A stretch of DNA of 64,000 bases, taken from the IMG/VR virus record IMGVR_UViG_3300032242_000818, positions 64,001 through 128,000 of that record; one strand, 5' to 3'. The notes under the pieces are model-generated. The model did not search any database. It had not been told where the DNA came from and worked only from the letters and a program-made list of their open reading frames with translations. The stretch comes from a virus. Each line of letters opens with the position of its first letter. Position 1 is the first letter of the stretch. Positions 26,818-35,313 of this stretch are shown here, in pieces. Made by a program: the position numbers and the translations under genes.

Positions 26818-27171
26818 TTATTTGATTAAATGTTGAGCCAAAACCATGCAGCTGATCCAAGTCCAAAGGGTATTGAATGCTACAAGAGTAGGTAGAAGTT
26901 TCTTATTGCTTGCCCAAATTAATGATACGCTTGTTGCTAGAGTCAAGAAATATAACCACCAAATCTGAATACCAAAGATAAGTCCAGGAACAATAATCAT
27001 TGCTTTAGTAAACCAACTGGCAAATTCAACTCGATTATAGTCAGTCCAATACTCTTTAGTGAACCACATCTTATAGCAATCAAGAATTGCTGACCAGTTA
27101 CTGTGTGTGTAAGAAACACCAATCAATACTGCCCATACTACTGTTGCTACTAAGATCTGTTCTATTGTCAT
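26818..27171 (-). CDS. Membrane protein
   Basis: Several hydrophobic segments. Confidence 0.6.
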   Translation of the reverse strand: MTIEQILVATVVWAVLIGVSYTHSNWSAILDCYKMWFTKEYWTDYNRVEFASWFTKAMIIVPGLIFGIQIWWLYFLTLATSVSLIWASNKKLLPTLVAFNTLWTWISCMVLAQHLIK

Positions 27172-27509
27172 TTCTTTTCCTCGACAGAATAGTATACATC
27201 ATGTTCATACAAGAACATTAAGCAACACATTGCATGCGCCAAATGATTCTTTCCAGTTTCGGGATCGTTTTGCTCTCCCTCTTTCCATGCCCAAAGATGT
27301 CTTTGCATTGCGTCAAAGTATCTGCGTTTTGAGTCAGGAACATTCTTCCAATTATTTGGCTCGTATTTCTCTGCACCAAATGTTAAAATTTCCACAGTTG
27401 CTTTTAATGCAAGTGGAGGTAGTAAACCATATTGTAGTTTACCACCATCAAATTTGCGTCCACCAGTAGTGGCAGTTTGAGATTTCTTTACGTCTTCTTT
27501 AGTCGCCAT
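27168..27509 (-). CDS. DUF5664 / dATP-dGTP diphosphohydrolase-like protein
   Basis: GRKFDGGK..YGLLP, FGAEKY..NNW, DPETGKNHLAHA. Confidence 0.75.
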   Translation of the reverse strand: MATKEDVKKSQTATTGGRKFDGGKLQYGLLPPLALKATVEILTFGAEKYEPNNWKNVPDSKRRYFDAMQRHLWAWKEGEQNDPETGKNHLAHAMCCLMFLYEHDVYYSVEEKK

Positions 27510-27610
27510 TAATCCTCCGATGTCTCACTATGATTTTTCATACAAGAAATTCCCTTGTATACAATATAGATAACGGCAAGAAATGCAATACTAAAAATAA
27601 TTTCAATCAT
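27509..27610 (-). CDS. Small membrane peptide (33 aa)
   Basis: Manual translation MIEIIFSIAFLAVIYIVYKGISCMKNHSETSED; AGGA SD. Confidence 0.5.
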   Translation of the reverse strand: MIEIIFSIAFLAVIYIVYKGISCMKNHSETSED

Positions 27611-27656
27611 AACCATCCTAAAATAATTTGGGGTTGGACCGCAACCCCAATCTCAT

Positions 27657-27920
27657 TTACTTCTGTGCAGTAAAGATGCTTGCGCCAAATACGGCATTAG
27701 CAATACGAACCATGCGCTTGCTTGGTTGACCAAGGCGATACTTAGTTACTGGCGTACCATCAGCGAGTTTGCTGGCGTTGCTATAAATTGCGTAACCTTG
27801 CTCACGTAAATTACGAACAGCGGATGCTGGATGAGCGATACGGAAAGAGCCTTTGATCTGCGCAGCAGTCAACTCTTTACCAGCCTGAAAGTTCTTCAAC
27901 AACTGATCTTGTTTTGACAT
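27657..27920 (-). CDS. Small winged-helix/HTH DNA-binding protein
   Basis: LTAAQI...SAVRNLREQGYAIY...KYRLG. Confidence 0.6.
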   Translation of the reverse strand: MSKQDQLLKNFQAGKELTAAQIKGSFRIAHPASAVRNLREQGYAIYSNASKLADGTPVTKYRLGQPSKRMVRIANAVFGASIFTAQK

Positions 27921-27954
27921 TAAAAATATCTCCATAATTAAACCATCATAAATG

Positions 27955-27991
27955 AAAAAACCAGAGGGGAGATGGCAGTAACCCCTCTGGT
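27955..27991 (-). terminator. Rho-independent terminator
   Basis: CCAGAGGGG...CCCCTCTGG stem followed by a U tract on the minus strand. Confidence 0.7.
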
Positions 27992-28004
27992 GAAAAGACG
28001 TGAG

Positions 28005-28463
28005 TTAGACTTCGATGCCGTTCTCACGTAGAATCTGATTGAAGTCTTCGACATCAGCGTCAACTTCAACAGAGTCATTAATAATCTTTTCAAGACGACT
28101 AGTCTCGGAAAGATCCGTAGTTGAGGTAACTGGCTTGGCAGTCTTAACCTTAACTAATTTTTTATTCTTAACAATCTTGCTACTAGCAGGTTTGCTTGTT
28201 AGATCTTTTGTGTACTGAGAAAGTTCAGCAGCAGTTGGAACTGGTAGTTGATACATACCACGCTCAACTTTATTAGTCTTGAACAACCAGTTAGGATATC
28301 CAATCTTTGGCGCACCTGCACTACGCTTCGCAGCCAAATCTTGAGTAATACTAACAACTTCTTTCAAAGAGATCTTACTATTTTTCTTAAGAGATGGTTG
28401 CGCTTCAATCAAAGCAACAACGCATTTCTTTTGAGCCATGCTCAGGTCAGCGAATTTCAACAT
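28005..28463 (-). CDS. Hypothetical early protein
   Basis: Follows the promoter at 28493; KIGYPNWL...ERGMYQLP. Confidence 0.6.
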   Translation of the reverse strand: MLKFADLSMAQKKCVVALIEAQPSLKKNSKISLKEVVSITQDLAAKRSAGAPKIGYPNWLFKTNKVERGMYQLPVPTAAELSQYTKDLTSKPASSKIVKNKKLVKVKTAKPVTSTTDLSETSRLEKIINDSVEVDADVEDFNQILRENGIEV

Positions 28464-28492
28464 AATCAATTTCCTTTTCAGTTTCAAATAAT

Positions 28493-28521
28493 ATTATACT
28501 ACAAATTTACCTGCAAAGCAA
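28493..28521 (-). promoter_or_regulatory. sigma70-type promoter
   Basis: TTGCTT-17 bp-TATAAT. Confidence 0.7.
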
Positions 28522-28523
28522 AT

Positions 28524-29681
28524 TTAAAATGGAACTTCATCACTTGCAGGGGCTACAACCTCAGGTGTTACTACCTCAGGTGCAGGGTTTGCAACTTTTT
28601 CATAGAGATCGATGAACGCAGACTTGGTTGCAGAGTCGAAACGATTGCAACAAAGTTCAACAGCCTTCTCACGCTTCTTGAAAATTGCATAAGCACGGAC
28701 GATATGAATCATACGACGAGTCGTAATAGTTTCGTCCACACCACCATCAGCAAACGTGCGACGGATTGCGTCAGCCCATTTGACTAATGTCTCAGCAAAC
28801 TCTTTATCGGGACAACCAAAAGAGTCCATAAGATTCTCGATGATCTTCAGCTCGATCTTTGCATTAGGATAATCCTGTTCAAAGGTTACAGCAAATCGTT
28901 CCAAGAATGCTTCATTCAGTACGTTGGTACCGATATAACGACCATCATCTGAACCCTTACCCTTGGTATTCGCAGTCGCAAAGACATTGAATCCAGGAGC
29001 AGGAACGATCATCTCGTTTTTAAGTTTGAAGTAATAAGGTTTACCCTCAAGGATCGGTTGCAAGCAAAGCAAAGTATTTGCTGAGCCAGCGTCAATCTCA
29101 TCAAGAAGCAAAGTGCAACCAGTTCGCATAGCGATAAGAACTGGACCTTCAACAATTTCCACGTTACCATCTTCAAGAGTTTTGGTACCGATGAGTTGTT
29201 CTTCGTCAGTCATCATGTTCAGATTAACACGAATCAGCGGACGTTTGTGTTTGGCACAAATCTGTTCGATCATAGTTGACTTGCCATTCCCAGTTGGACC
29301 AGAGATATAAGCAGGATAGAAGATCTTTGCTTTGATAATATTCTCAAGATCAGCATAGTTGCCAAATGGAACAAAGTTTTCATCCTTGGAAGGAATCAAT
29401 GAAGTTACATCAGTATAATCCACAGTGAATGACTCAGGTTGTGGCTGAGGTTTCAACGCAGTGTTACCAACAACCATAGGTTTCGAACCATCGATGGCAT
29501 ACAAGCCACGACTTACTTTATTTACCATCAACCACTTGGGTGATGTTTTGGTGTTAAGAACACGCATGGTTTCTAGCAGTTGCGCATTTTGAACAACACC
29601 CTCTGTCTTAACATCGGGAAATAATTCAAAAAGTTTTGATTCAAACTCAGCCTGAAACACGGGATCAATTTTAGCCATCAT
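28524..29681 (-). CDS. MoxR/CobS-like AAA+ ATPase
   Basis: GPTGNGKS, LLDEID, TANTKGKG, NEAFLERF. Confidence 0.9.
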   Translation of the reverse strand: MMAKIDPVFQAEFESKLFELFPDVKTEGVVQNAQLLETMRVLNTKTSPKWLMVNKVSRGLYAIDGSKPMVVGNTALKPQPQPESFTVDYTDVTSLIPSKDENFVPFGNYADLENIIKAKIFYPAYISGPTGNGKSTMIEQICAKHKRPLIRVNLNMMTDEEQLIGTKTLEDGNVEIVEGPVLIAMRTGCTLLLDEIDAGSANTLLCLQPILEGKPYYFKLKNEMIVPAPGFNVFATANTKGKGSDDGRYIGTNVLNEAFLERFAVTFEQDYPNAKIELKIIENLMDSFGCPDKEFAETLVKWADAIRRTFADGGVDETITTRRMIHIVRAYAIFKKREKAVELCCNRFDSATKSAFIDLYEKVANPAPEVVTPEVVAPASDEVPF

Positions 29682-29728
29682 ATATCTCACTTTCAAAAAA
29701 ACATAATAATTAACGAACTAATACAATA

Positions 29729-29757
29729 ATTATACGCCAACTTTGCATTAAAGTAAA
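29729..29757 (-). promoter_or_regulatory. Early sigma70 promoter
   Basis: TTTACT-17 bp-TATAAT. Confidence 0.8.
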
Positions 29758-29783
29758 GCGATATTTTGTATAACCCTACAGGG

Positions 29784-29823
29784 TTGAGGGGATTAAAATC
29801 CCCTCATAAATCAACAACTTACG
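29784..29823. repeat. Left copy of a ~40 bp inverted repeat (IHF consensus plus GC hairpin)
   Basis: Reverse complement matches 32230-32267; contains AATCAACAACTTA. Confidence 0.7.
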
Positions 29824-31993
29824 CAACGTAGCCAACGAATTGGTTCAAGAGGACACGAGAGGTCTTCTTTACGTTGAGAAATTTGCTGAAATCACGAGCA
29901 ATAACCTTTGCATTCGCATCGGCTTTCACATCTAATTCACCCTCAACAATCTTCGTTGCAGTTTGAGGAATTAGGAACAAGTCATCACGACCAGTATTCT
30001 TGATTGAAGCAAACCCTTGGTCGCGGAATGATTTTCTCCAAGAATCAATTTGCGCTTCAACCTGACCTTTGAACTCAGGAAGATTAGCATTCAAAGCAGA
30101 GTGCAAATCACGACGAGCATTGCGGCAGATATAGAAACCAACAATATTAATATTGTGACGATCTTTAATCATACGCAAGTATGTGTTTGTCTGTGGACCA
30201 GAATATCGGCTCAACTGATAAGTCTTTTGAGTAACTTCATCACGGATAAAATGTTTCTGTTTGACTTTCTTAGGAAGACCATTGTTATCATAAGAATATC
30301 TTTGATCAGATAAGTCGCCATTGCTAGAGTATAAAGATCCACCCTCACCATCGGTCAAAGTAATCAGAGTCAATTTCTCAATTGAATTTTGTTTGATATA
30401 CTTGTCGATGTTAAGATACATCCAAACCAATGCTTCATTCAGCGGAGTACCACCAGTGTTGTAACCATCATTCCATTGGAAGCGACGATCGATAACACGT
30501 TTTGCCATAGAATGGAATTCGCTGGTAGTCATCTTGCTAGAGAACAACTCAAGCAAATTAAAACAGGTACTAGCATTTGTAAGAATACTTTTACCTTCGT
30601 TACGAGCATTCTTGGCAACAGTAAAATCACGATGTGCAATACGCTCAGACTCAGATGGATAACGACGATCGTTATATTGTGAAGTAAAAGCCATAACACG
30701 ATATGGAATTTGGATACGATTACAGAACATAGCCAAATTGATAACTTGTTTCAGGGTATCTTCCAACACGTGATCCATAGAACCAGACCAGTCAAGCAAG
30801 AATAACATGCCGTGGTTTTTACCTTGAGGTAAAACAGTAACACGTTTGAACAAATCGTCTTGCAACTTATAAGACCAGATACGCTTCATATCCAATGTGC
30901 CAGACTTTGAGATCGCAGCACGTTTGTATAGGGCTGCAGATTTACGCATCTCAAATTCTTTGACCAAATAGTTTACAGCACTAGTAGTCTCAGATTTGAA
31001 CTTCTCGTATTCAGCAGCACGCAATGCGGCATACTTACGATCTTCTTCAGTGTTCTCGCTAGAAACCCATACTGGACGTGTTTCACTGAGCACTGTACGA
31101 TAGTCAATAACTGGATCTTTGAAGAAGTCCTTGTCAAACTCATGGTACAAATATTCAGTGCTTTCGTCAGCGAGATCTTCTAATTTATCAGCAAATGCTT
31201 TATCGGTTTTTGACTCTAGTTCTTGATCACCAGCAGAAGGCGATTCCTGCTCTTCATTCTTTTCTTCTTCAGAAGAAGATTTTTGTTTCGCTGGTTTCAA
31301 TTCTTGATCTTGTTCTTCATCAGTTTCTTCGAAATTGTCAAAGTCAATATCGTCATCATCAAACTCGCCTTTGGTATCTTCTTCTAAGTCTTCAAGATCT
31401 TCAGGTGTTGCATTTTGCAATGCTTGTTTCTTCTTTTCTTCGAGTTGTTGTTTTGAGTAAGCCCAAATTTCTTCAGCCAATGAAATTACTTCGTCAACAG
31501 TCTCGGTACGTTCAGCACGATTAGCAAAATCTTTTTCATCGGAGTTGAACTTAACACCACAAGAAAATCCTGCTTTGAAGTATAGATTGATTTTGTCGAT
31601 CAACAATAGATCATCAAGATTCTGAACTTGTTTAACACCAAAGAAGTCGCGATCGTTCAGTTGTTTATATCCTTCATTCATACGCTTACGCAGACCTGGA
31701 TATTTGCGTTTGATGAGTTTCTCAATACGCACATCTTCTAGTACGTTGAGGTATGACATCATTTTAGGGTTTTCCTGAATAGGAATAAAATAATCATCGG
31801 TCGTGTATAAGGCATGACCAACTTCATGACCCACGAGCATGTCTTCAATCTCGGGTGTCATATCTTTCCATAGGGGTAAAGTTAGAACACGATTCTTAAC
31901 ATCGAAAGATGCAGTACGAGTTGGAGCACGTTGGACTGAAAGGTTTTCAGTAGCAAGTAATCGTGCGGATAGATCTGATGCTTTGATATCCAT
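29819..31993 (-). CDS. VWA (MIDAS) protein with an N-terminal HExxH domain (CobT-like MoxR partner)
   Basis: GHEVGH, acidic linker, DWSGSM, GGTPL, LTDGEG. Confidence 0.85.
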   Translation of the reverse strand: MDIKASDLSARLLATENLSVQRAPTRTASFDVKNRVLTLPLWKDMTPEIEDMLVGHEVGHALYTTDDYFIPIQENPKMMSYLNVLEDVRIEKLIKRKYPGLRKRMNEGYKQLNDRDFFGVKQVQNLDDLLLIDKINLYFKAGFSCGVKFNSDEKDFANRAERTETVDEVISLAEEIWAYSKQQLEEKKKQALQNATPEDLEDLEEDTKGEFDDDDIDFDNFEETDEEQDQELKPAKQKSSSEEEKNEEQESPSAGDQELESKTDKAFADKLEDLADESTEYLYHEFDKDFFKDPVIDYRTVLSETRPVWVSSENTEEDRKYAALRAAEYEKFKSETTSAVNYLVKEFEMRKSAALYKRAAISKSGTLDMKRIWSYKLQDDLFKRVTVLPQGKNHGMLFLLDWSGSMDHVLEDTLKQVINLAMFCNRIQIPYRVMAFTSQYNDRRYPSESERIAHRDFTVAKNARNEGKSILTNASTCFNLLELFSSKMTTSEFHSMAKRVIDRRFQWNDGYNTGGTPLNEALVWMYLNIDKYIKQNSIEKLTLITLTDGEGGSLYSSNGDLSDQRYSYDNNGLPKKVKQKHFIRDEVTQKTYQLSRYSGPQTNTYLRMIKDRHNINIVGFYICRNARRDLHSALNANLPEFKGQVEAQIDSWRKSFRDQGFASIKNTGRDDLFLIPQTATKIVEGELDVKADANAKVIARDFSKFLNVKKTSRVLLNQFVGYVA

Positions 31994-31994
31994 A

Positions 31995-32153
31995 TTATTC
32001 TCCGAATGCTTCTTCTAACTCATACTCAGTCAAGAACTTCTCAACTTCATCACGATTAGCCAATGAAAGATCGCCTGAAAAAACCAACAGGTCTTCTAGA
32101 CCATAACGACCAGCCAACTCGGCTAGTTCGAAGTCACTAAAATCATTCCACAT
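31995..32153 (-). CDS. Small acidic early protein (52 aa)
   Basis: Manual translation MWNDFSDFELAELAGRYGLED...; AAGG SD. Confidence 0.6.
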   Translation of the reverse strand: MWNDFSDFELAELAGRYGLEDLLVFSGDLSLANRDEVEKFLTEYELEEAFGE

Positions 32154-32183
32154 AATATAACCTTTCACTCAATTTATACAATA

Positions 32184-32212
32184 ATTATACTACAACATTG
32201 CATGAAAGTAAA
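32184..32212 (-). promoter_or_regulatory. Early sigma70 promoter
   Basis: TTTACT-17 bp-TATAAT. Confidence 0.8.
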
Positions 32213-32229
32213 GCGAAACTTGACGAGCA

Positions 32230-32267
32230 CGTAAGTTGTTGATTTATAAGGGGATAATTCCCCTCAA
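32230..32267. repeat. Right copy of the inverted repeat
   Basis: CGTAAGTTGTTGATTTATAAGGGGATAATTCCCCTCAA. Confidence 0.7.
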
Positions 32268-32270
32268 GTT

Positions 32271-32420
32271 TCAAAGGTAATCTTCGATATCCGCCATTTT
32301 TATAGAAATTTTAGCGTCGTCCGCCCCTTCGCCGAAAACGACCTCGCTAAAAAATTCTTCTATTTCAGAAAATTTTTGGAAAACGAAAGTATTATCGTCG
32401 TTAAGAGTGACTTCAAACAT
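32271..32420 (-). CDS. Small acidic early protein (49 aa)
   Basis: Manual translation MFEVTLNDDNTFVFQKFSEIEEFFSEVVFGEGADDAKISIKMADIEDYL; AGGAG SD and its own promoter. Confidence 0.6.
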   Translation of the reverse strand: MFEVTLNDDNTFVFQKFSEIEEFFSEVVFGEGADDAKISIKMADIEDYL

Positions 32421-32442
32421 AGGTTTCTCCTGTTAAAAGATA

Positions 32443-32471
32443 ATTATACTATGTAAGATATTTAAAGTAAA
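32443..32471 (-). promoter_or_regulatory. Early sigma70 promoter
   Basis: TTTACT-17 bp-TATAAT. Confidence 0.75.
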
Positions 32472-32495
32472 CCCATTCCCCTCAGCAGTGTAGGG

Positions 32496-34208
32496 TTATA
32501 CTATGACTGAAAAGTCATTTCGTTTCTCAAATTTAATCACTGATCTAAACTTATCAAACAACTGATCGCCTTTGTGACTGATGACAAAGATATTTGATTG
32601 CTCACCGAGAGTGTTCATAAGATTCAAGAAGTAATCAGTTCCCGCTGTATCTAAACTTGAATCAAAGATTTCATCAAGTAGAAGTAGGTTAGTATTGACT
32701 GAGTTCTTCATCTTAGCAATTGAACGCCAAGTAAAAAGAATAGCCAAATCGATACGCATCTTCTCACCTTCAGAGAAACTTGCATAAGTAAACTCATCAC
32801 GGAAACGAGACTTAATCTTTTCGTTGAATGCTTCATCAAGTTCAAAGTGAATGTAAGTATCCATTGCGTTTAAATACTTATTGATTAACTTATTCATAGA
32901 TGGTAGATACTCGCGAATAATCGCAGTCTTGATACCAGTATCTTTTAATAAGACAGCAGAAACTTCTTCAATGTTACGATGCTCAAGCAAATGACTTTTT
33001 TGACTAATCTTAGCAAGGGCATCGGTGGCAAGTTCTTTTAACTTCCCCTTCTCCTCATCGATGTTAGTTGTGTCAGATTTAACTCTTTGGGTCTCAGCTT
33101 CAAGTTCTTTGTTTTGTTTGTTGAGTAAGGTGATAGTAGAGTTCCTTGTAGATAACTCAATGTTCTTATCGGTAATTTGCCCAACCACTTCGTTAATTTG
33201 CGTGAGTTTCGCGTTGAGATTGGTGAGTACGCTTTCAAGTTCTGCGATCTTTGAGTTATTATCCAACATTTTCTCATTAAGATCTTTGACAATGTTCTCT
33301 TTGTATTCCTCTGCGATATCTTGGTTACACGACGGACAAACATCGTGTTCGCTAAAAAACTCTGTGTGGTGCTCGCAAGTTTCGATCTTCTGGAGCAACT
33401 TACTTCTGATTGACTTTGCTTTGTCGATGTCTTCAGTAACATTGTCTTTATCATTGATGCTTCCTTTAAGAGTATCGATCTCCGAAACGATAAGTTCGAT
33501 CTCGCCCTCTGTCTGTAAAATTTCAGCATTGTTAGCAGATATCTTTGATAAGATATTGTTGATGCTTTCAGTCTTGGCTTCGGTGATCGTTTTGATAATA
33601 GTCTGTTGGCTTTCAACCTTATCCTTTGCGCTTTTAATCTCATTCTCGGTGCGTAGTATGGCATCTTTAGTCTCCTGCGCTTTTTCTTTCAAAAGCGAAT
33701 TCATTGTAGAGAAAATTCTAATATCTAAAATATCTTCAATCACTTCTCTACGTTGCGCTGAAGATAGTTGCATAAATGGAACAAAAGAAGCAGAACCAAG
33801 AATAACAACTTGAGTAAATGTTTTATAGTTTAGTCGGAGGATTTGTTGTTCAAGGATCTTTTGATAGTCACGAGAAGCAGCATCCTGATTAATCATTTCA
33901 TTATCGCACCAAATCTCAAATACGTTTGGTTTGATACCACGAATAATTTTATACTCTTTGCCATTAACTTCAAACTCAACCTCAACCAAACAACCCTTAC
34001 CATTGATAGAGTTAATCAGCTGACCTTTGTTAACATTACGAAAGGGTTTACCAAACAATGAAAAGCACAATGCATCTAAGATTGTGCTTTTACCTTCACC
34101 ATTCTTGCCGATGATTAAAGTAGTTTGCGATTTGTTTAAGAGAACCTTATTAGGTGAGTTGCCAGTAGAAAGAAAGTTCTTCCAGCTTACACTTTTAAAT
34201 ACAATCAT
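32496..34208 (-). CDS. gp46: Rad50/SbcC-like recombination endonuclease subunit
   Basis: GKNGEGKS, CPSC hook, FSEGEK, LLDEIFD. Confidence 0.96.
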   Translation of the reverse strand: MIVFKSVSWKNFLSTGNSPNKVLLNKSQTTLIIGKNGEGKSTILDALCFSLFGKPFRNVNKGQLINSINGKGCLVEVEFEVNGKEYKIIRGIKPNVFEIWCDNEMINQDAASRDYQKILEQQILRLNYKTFTQVVILGSASFVPFMQLSSAQRREVIEDILDIRIFSTMNSLLKEKAQETKDAILRTENEIKSAKDKVESQQTIIKTITEAKTESINNILSKISANNAEILQTEGEIELIVSEIDTLKGSINDKDNVTEDIDKAKSIRSKLLQKIETCEHHTEFFSEHDVCPSCNQDIAEEYKENIVKDLNEKMLDNNSKIAELESVLTNLNAKLTQINEVVGQITDKNIELSTRNSTITLLNKQNKELEAETQRVKSDTTNIDEEKGKLKELATDALAKISQKSHLLEHRNIEEVSAVLLKDTGIKTAIIREYLPSMNKLINKYLNAMDTYIHFELDEAFNEKIKSRFRDEFTYASFSEGEKMRIDLAILFTWRSIAKMKNSVNTNLLLLDEIFDSSLDTAGTDYFLNLMNTLGEQSNIFVISHKGDQLFDKFRSVIKFEKRNDFSVIV

Positions 34209-34258
34209 TCAAATAATTCCCTTTGCATCCATTGTCCAAAATCAAGTTCTAATTGCAT
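34205..34258 (-). CDS. 17-aa micropeptide MQLELDFGQWMQRELFE
   Basis: Fills the gp47-gp46 gap exactly, with TAATG and ATGA overlaps and a GAGGT SD. Confidence 0.6.
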   Translation of the reverse strand: MQLELDFGQWMQRELFE

Positions 34259-35313
34259 TAGATTACCTCTATGTTAATCGCCTCAGTATATAAGCCACGC
34301 ATATATGACTTAACTTTTTCTTTATCAACATCGGTTTCAATTGATTCAATATAATTAGAAAGAACAGAAACTGTATCTTCTAAGTTAATCTCTTCATTGA
34401 TTTCACCTTCTTGAAATTCAGAGAAGTCTTCCACAATTTTAATTTCGTGGCATCCTTTATTATATAACTTCTGAATGAACTTGTCAAATTTATAAAAGTC
34501 AGTTTTTTCCAAAACAACTAACTTTACATATTTGTCTTTTAAGTCTAACTGATCAAGGTCGATCGGCTCGATTTCTTTATCGGAGTACTCGAGTCTTTCG
34601 AACATTCGATAAGGATTTTCAATGAAGTCGAGTTGTCTTGTAGCGAAGTCGAACAAGTGGAATCCTCTGGGATCGTTATAATCCTGCCAAGTAAGTTCGT
34701 ACGGATTTCCCAAATAGTAAATATTGCGGTCGTTACTACGATGATGATAATGACCACTAAAGACCAAATCAAATTTGCTGAAAGTTTCTGCAGAAAATCC
34801 TTCATGACTTTCCATTCCTCTGTACATTGAGAATCCAGCAATCTCAAGATGCCCCATGCATAATGTAGAAGTGGTATTCTTTATTTCATTAATACTAGCA
34901 TCGTAGTTTTCAGGACAAATCCAAGGCAACATACAAACCTCGAAACCATTTACATTGATTGTTTTTGGTTCATCAATAACTTCGATGTTACCATATTCAG
35001 CCAATAGTAAATCAGGGGAGTTTACTTCATTAGTGTTTTTATAGTAAGTGTCGTGATTGCCAGCCAGCATATAAACACTAATACCCATACTCTCCAATTT
35101 ATCGAAGAACATTTCTTTGGCTCTTTGGAGCGAGTAGAAGTTGACATATTTGCGTCTATCAAAGGTGTCACCAAGAATAAGAACAGTATCAATCCTATGA
35201 AGTTCAAGAGCAGGAAAGAAAGTATTGTCATAAAACTTTTGGTAAAAATCTAAAAATGCAATACTATCATTACGAGCACCAAAATGCTGATCAGTGATAA
35301 TTGCTACTTTCAA
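34258..35313 (-). CDS. gp47: Mre11/SbcD-like nuclease subunit
   Basis: TDQHFG, GDTFD, GNHD, SGHYH. Confidence 0.96.
   Translation of the reverse strand: MKVAIITDQHFGARNDSIAFLDFYQKFYDNTFFPALELHRIDTVLILGDTFDRRKYVNFYSLQRAKEMFFDKLESMGISVYMLAGNHDTYYKNTNEVNSPDLLLAEYGNIEVIDEPKTINVNGFEVCMLPWICPENYDASINEIKNTTSTLCMGHLEIAGFSMYRGMESHEGFSAETFSKFDLVFSGHYHHRSNDRNIYYLGNPYELTWQDYNDPRGFHLFDFATRQLDFIENPYRMFERLEYSDKEIEPIDLDQLDLKDKYVKLVVLEKTDFYKFDKFIQKLYNKGCHEIKIVEDFSEFQEGEINEEINLEDTVSVLSNYIESIETDVDKEKVKSYMRGLYTEAINIEVI

Noticed and set aside
27168-27509. Z-genome or 7-deazaguanine system
   Set aside because: No purZ, dpdA, queC/D/E or folE in the window.
28524-31993. Cobalamin biosynthesis (cobS/cobT) auxiliary genes
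   Set aside because: No cobN or other cob genes; a generic MoxR/VWA pair explains the motifs.
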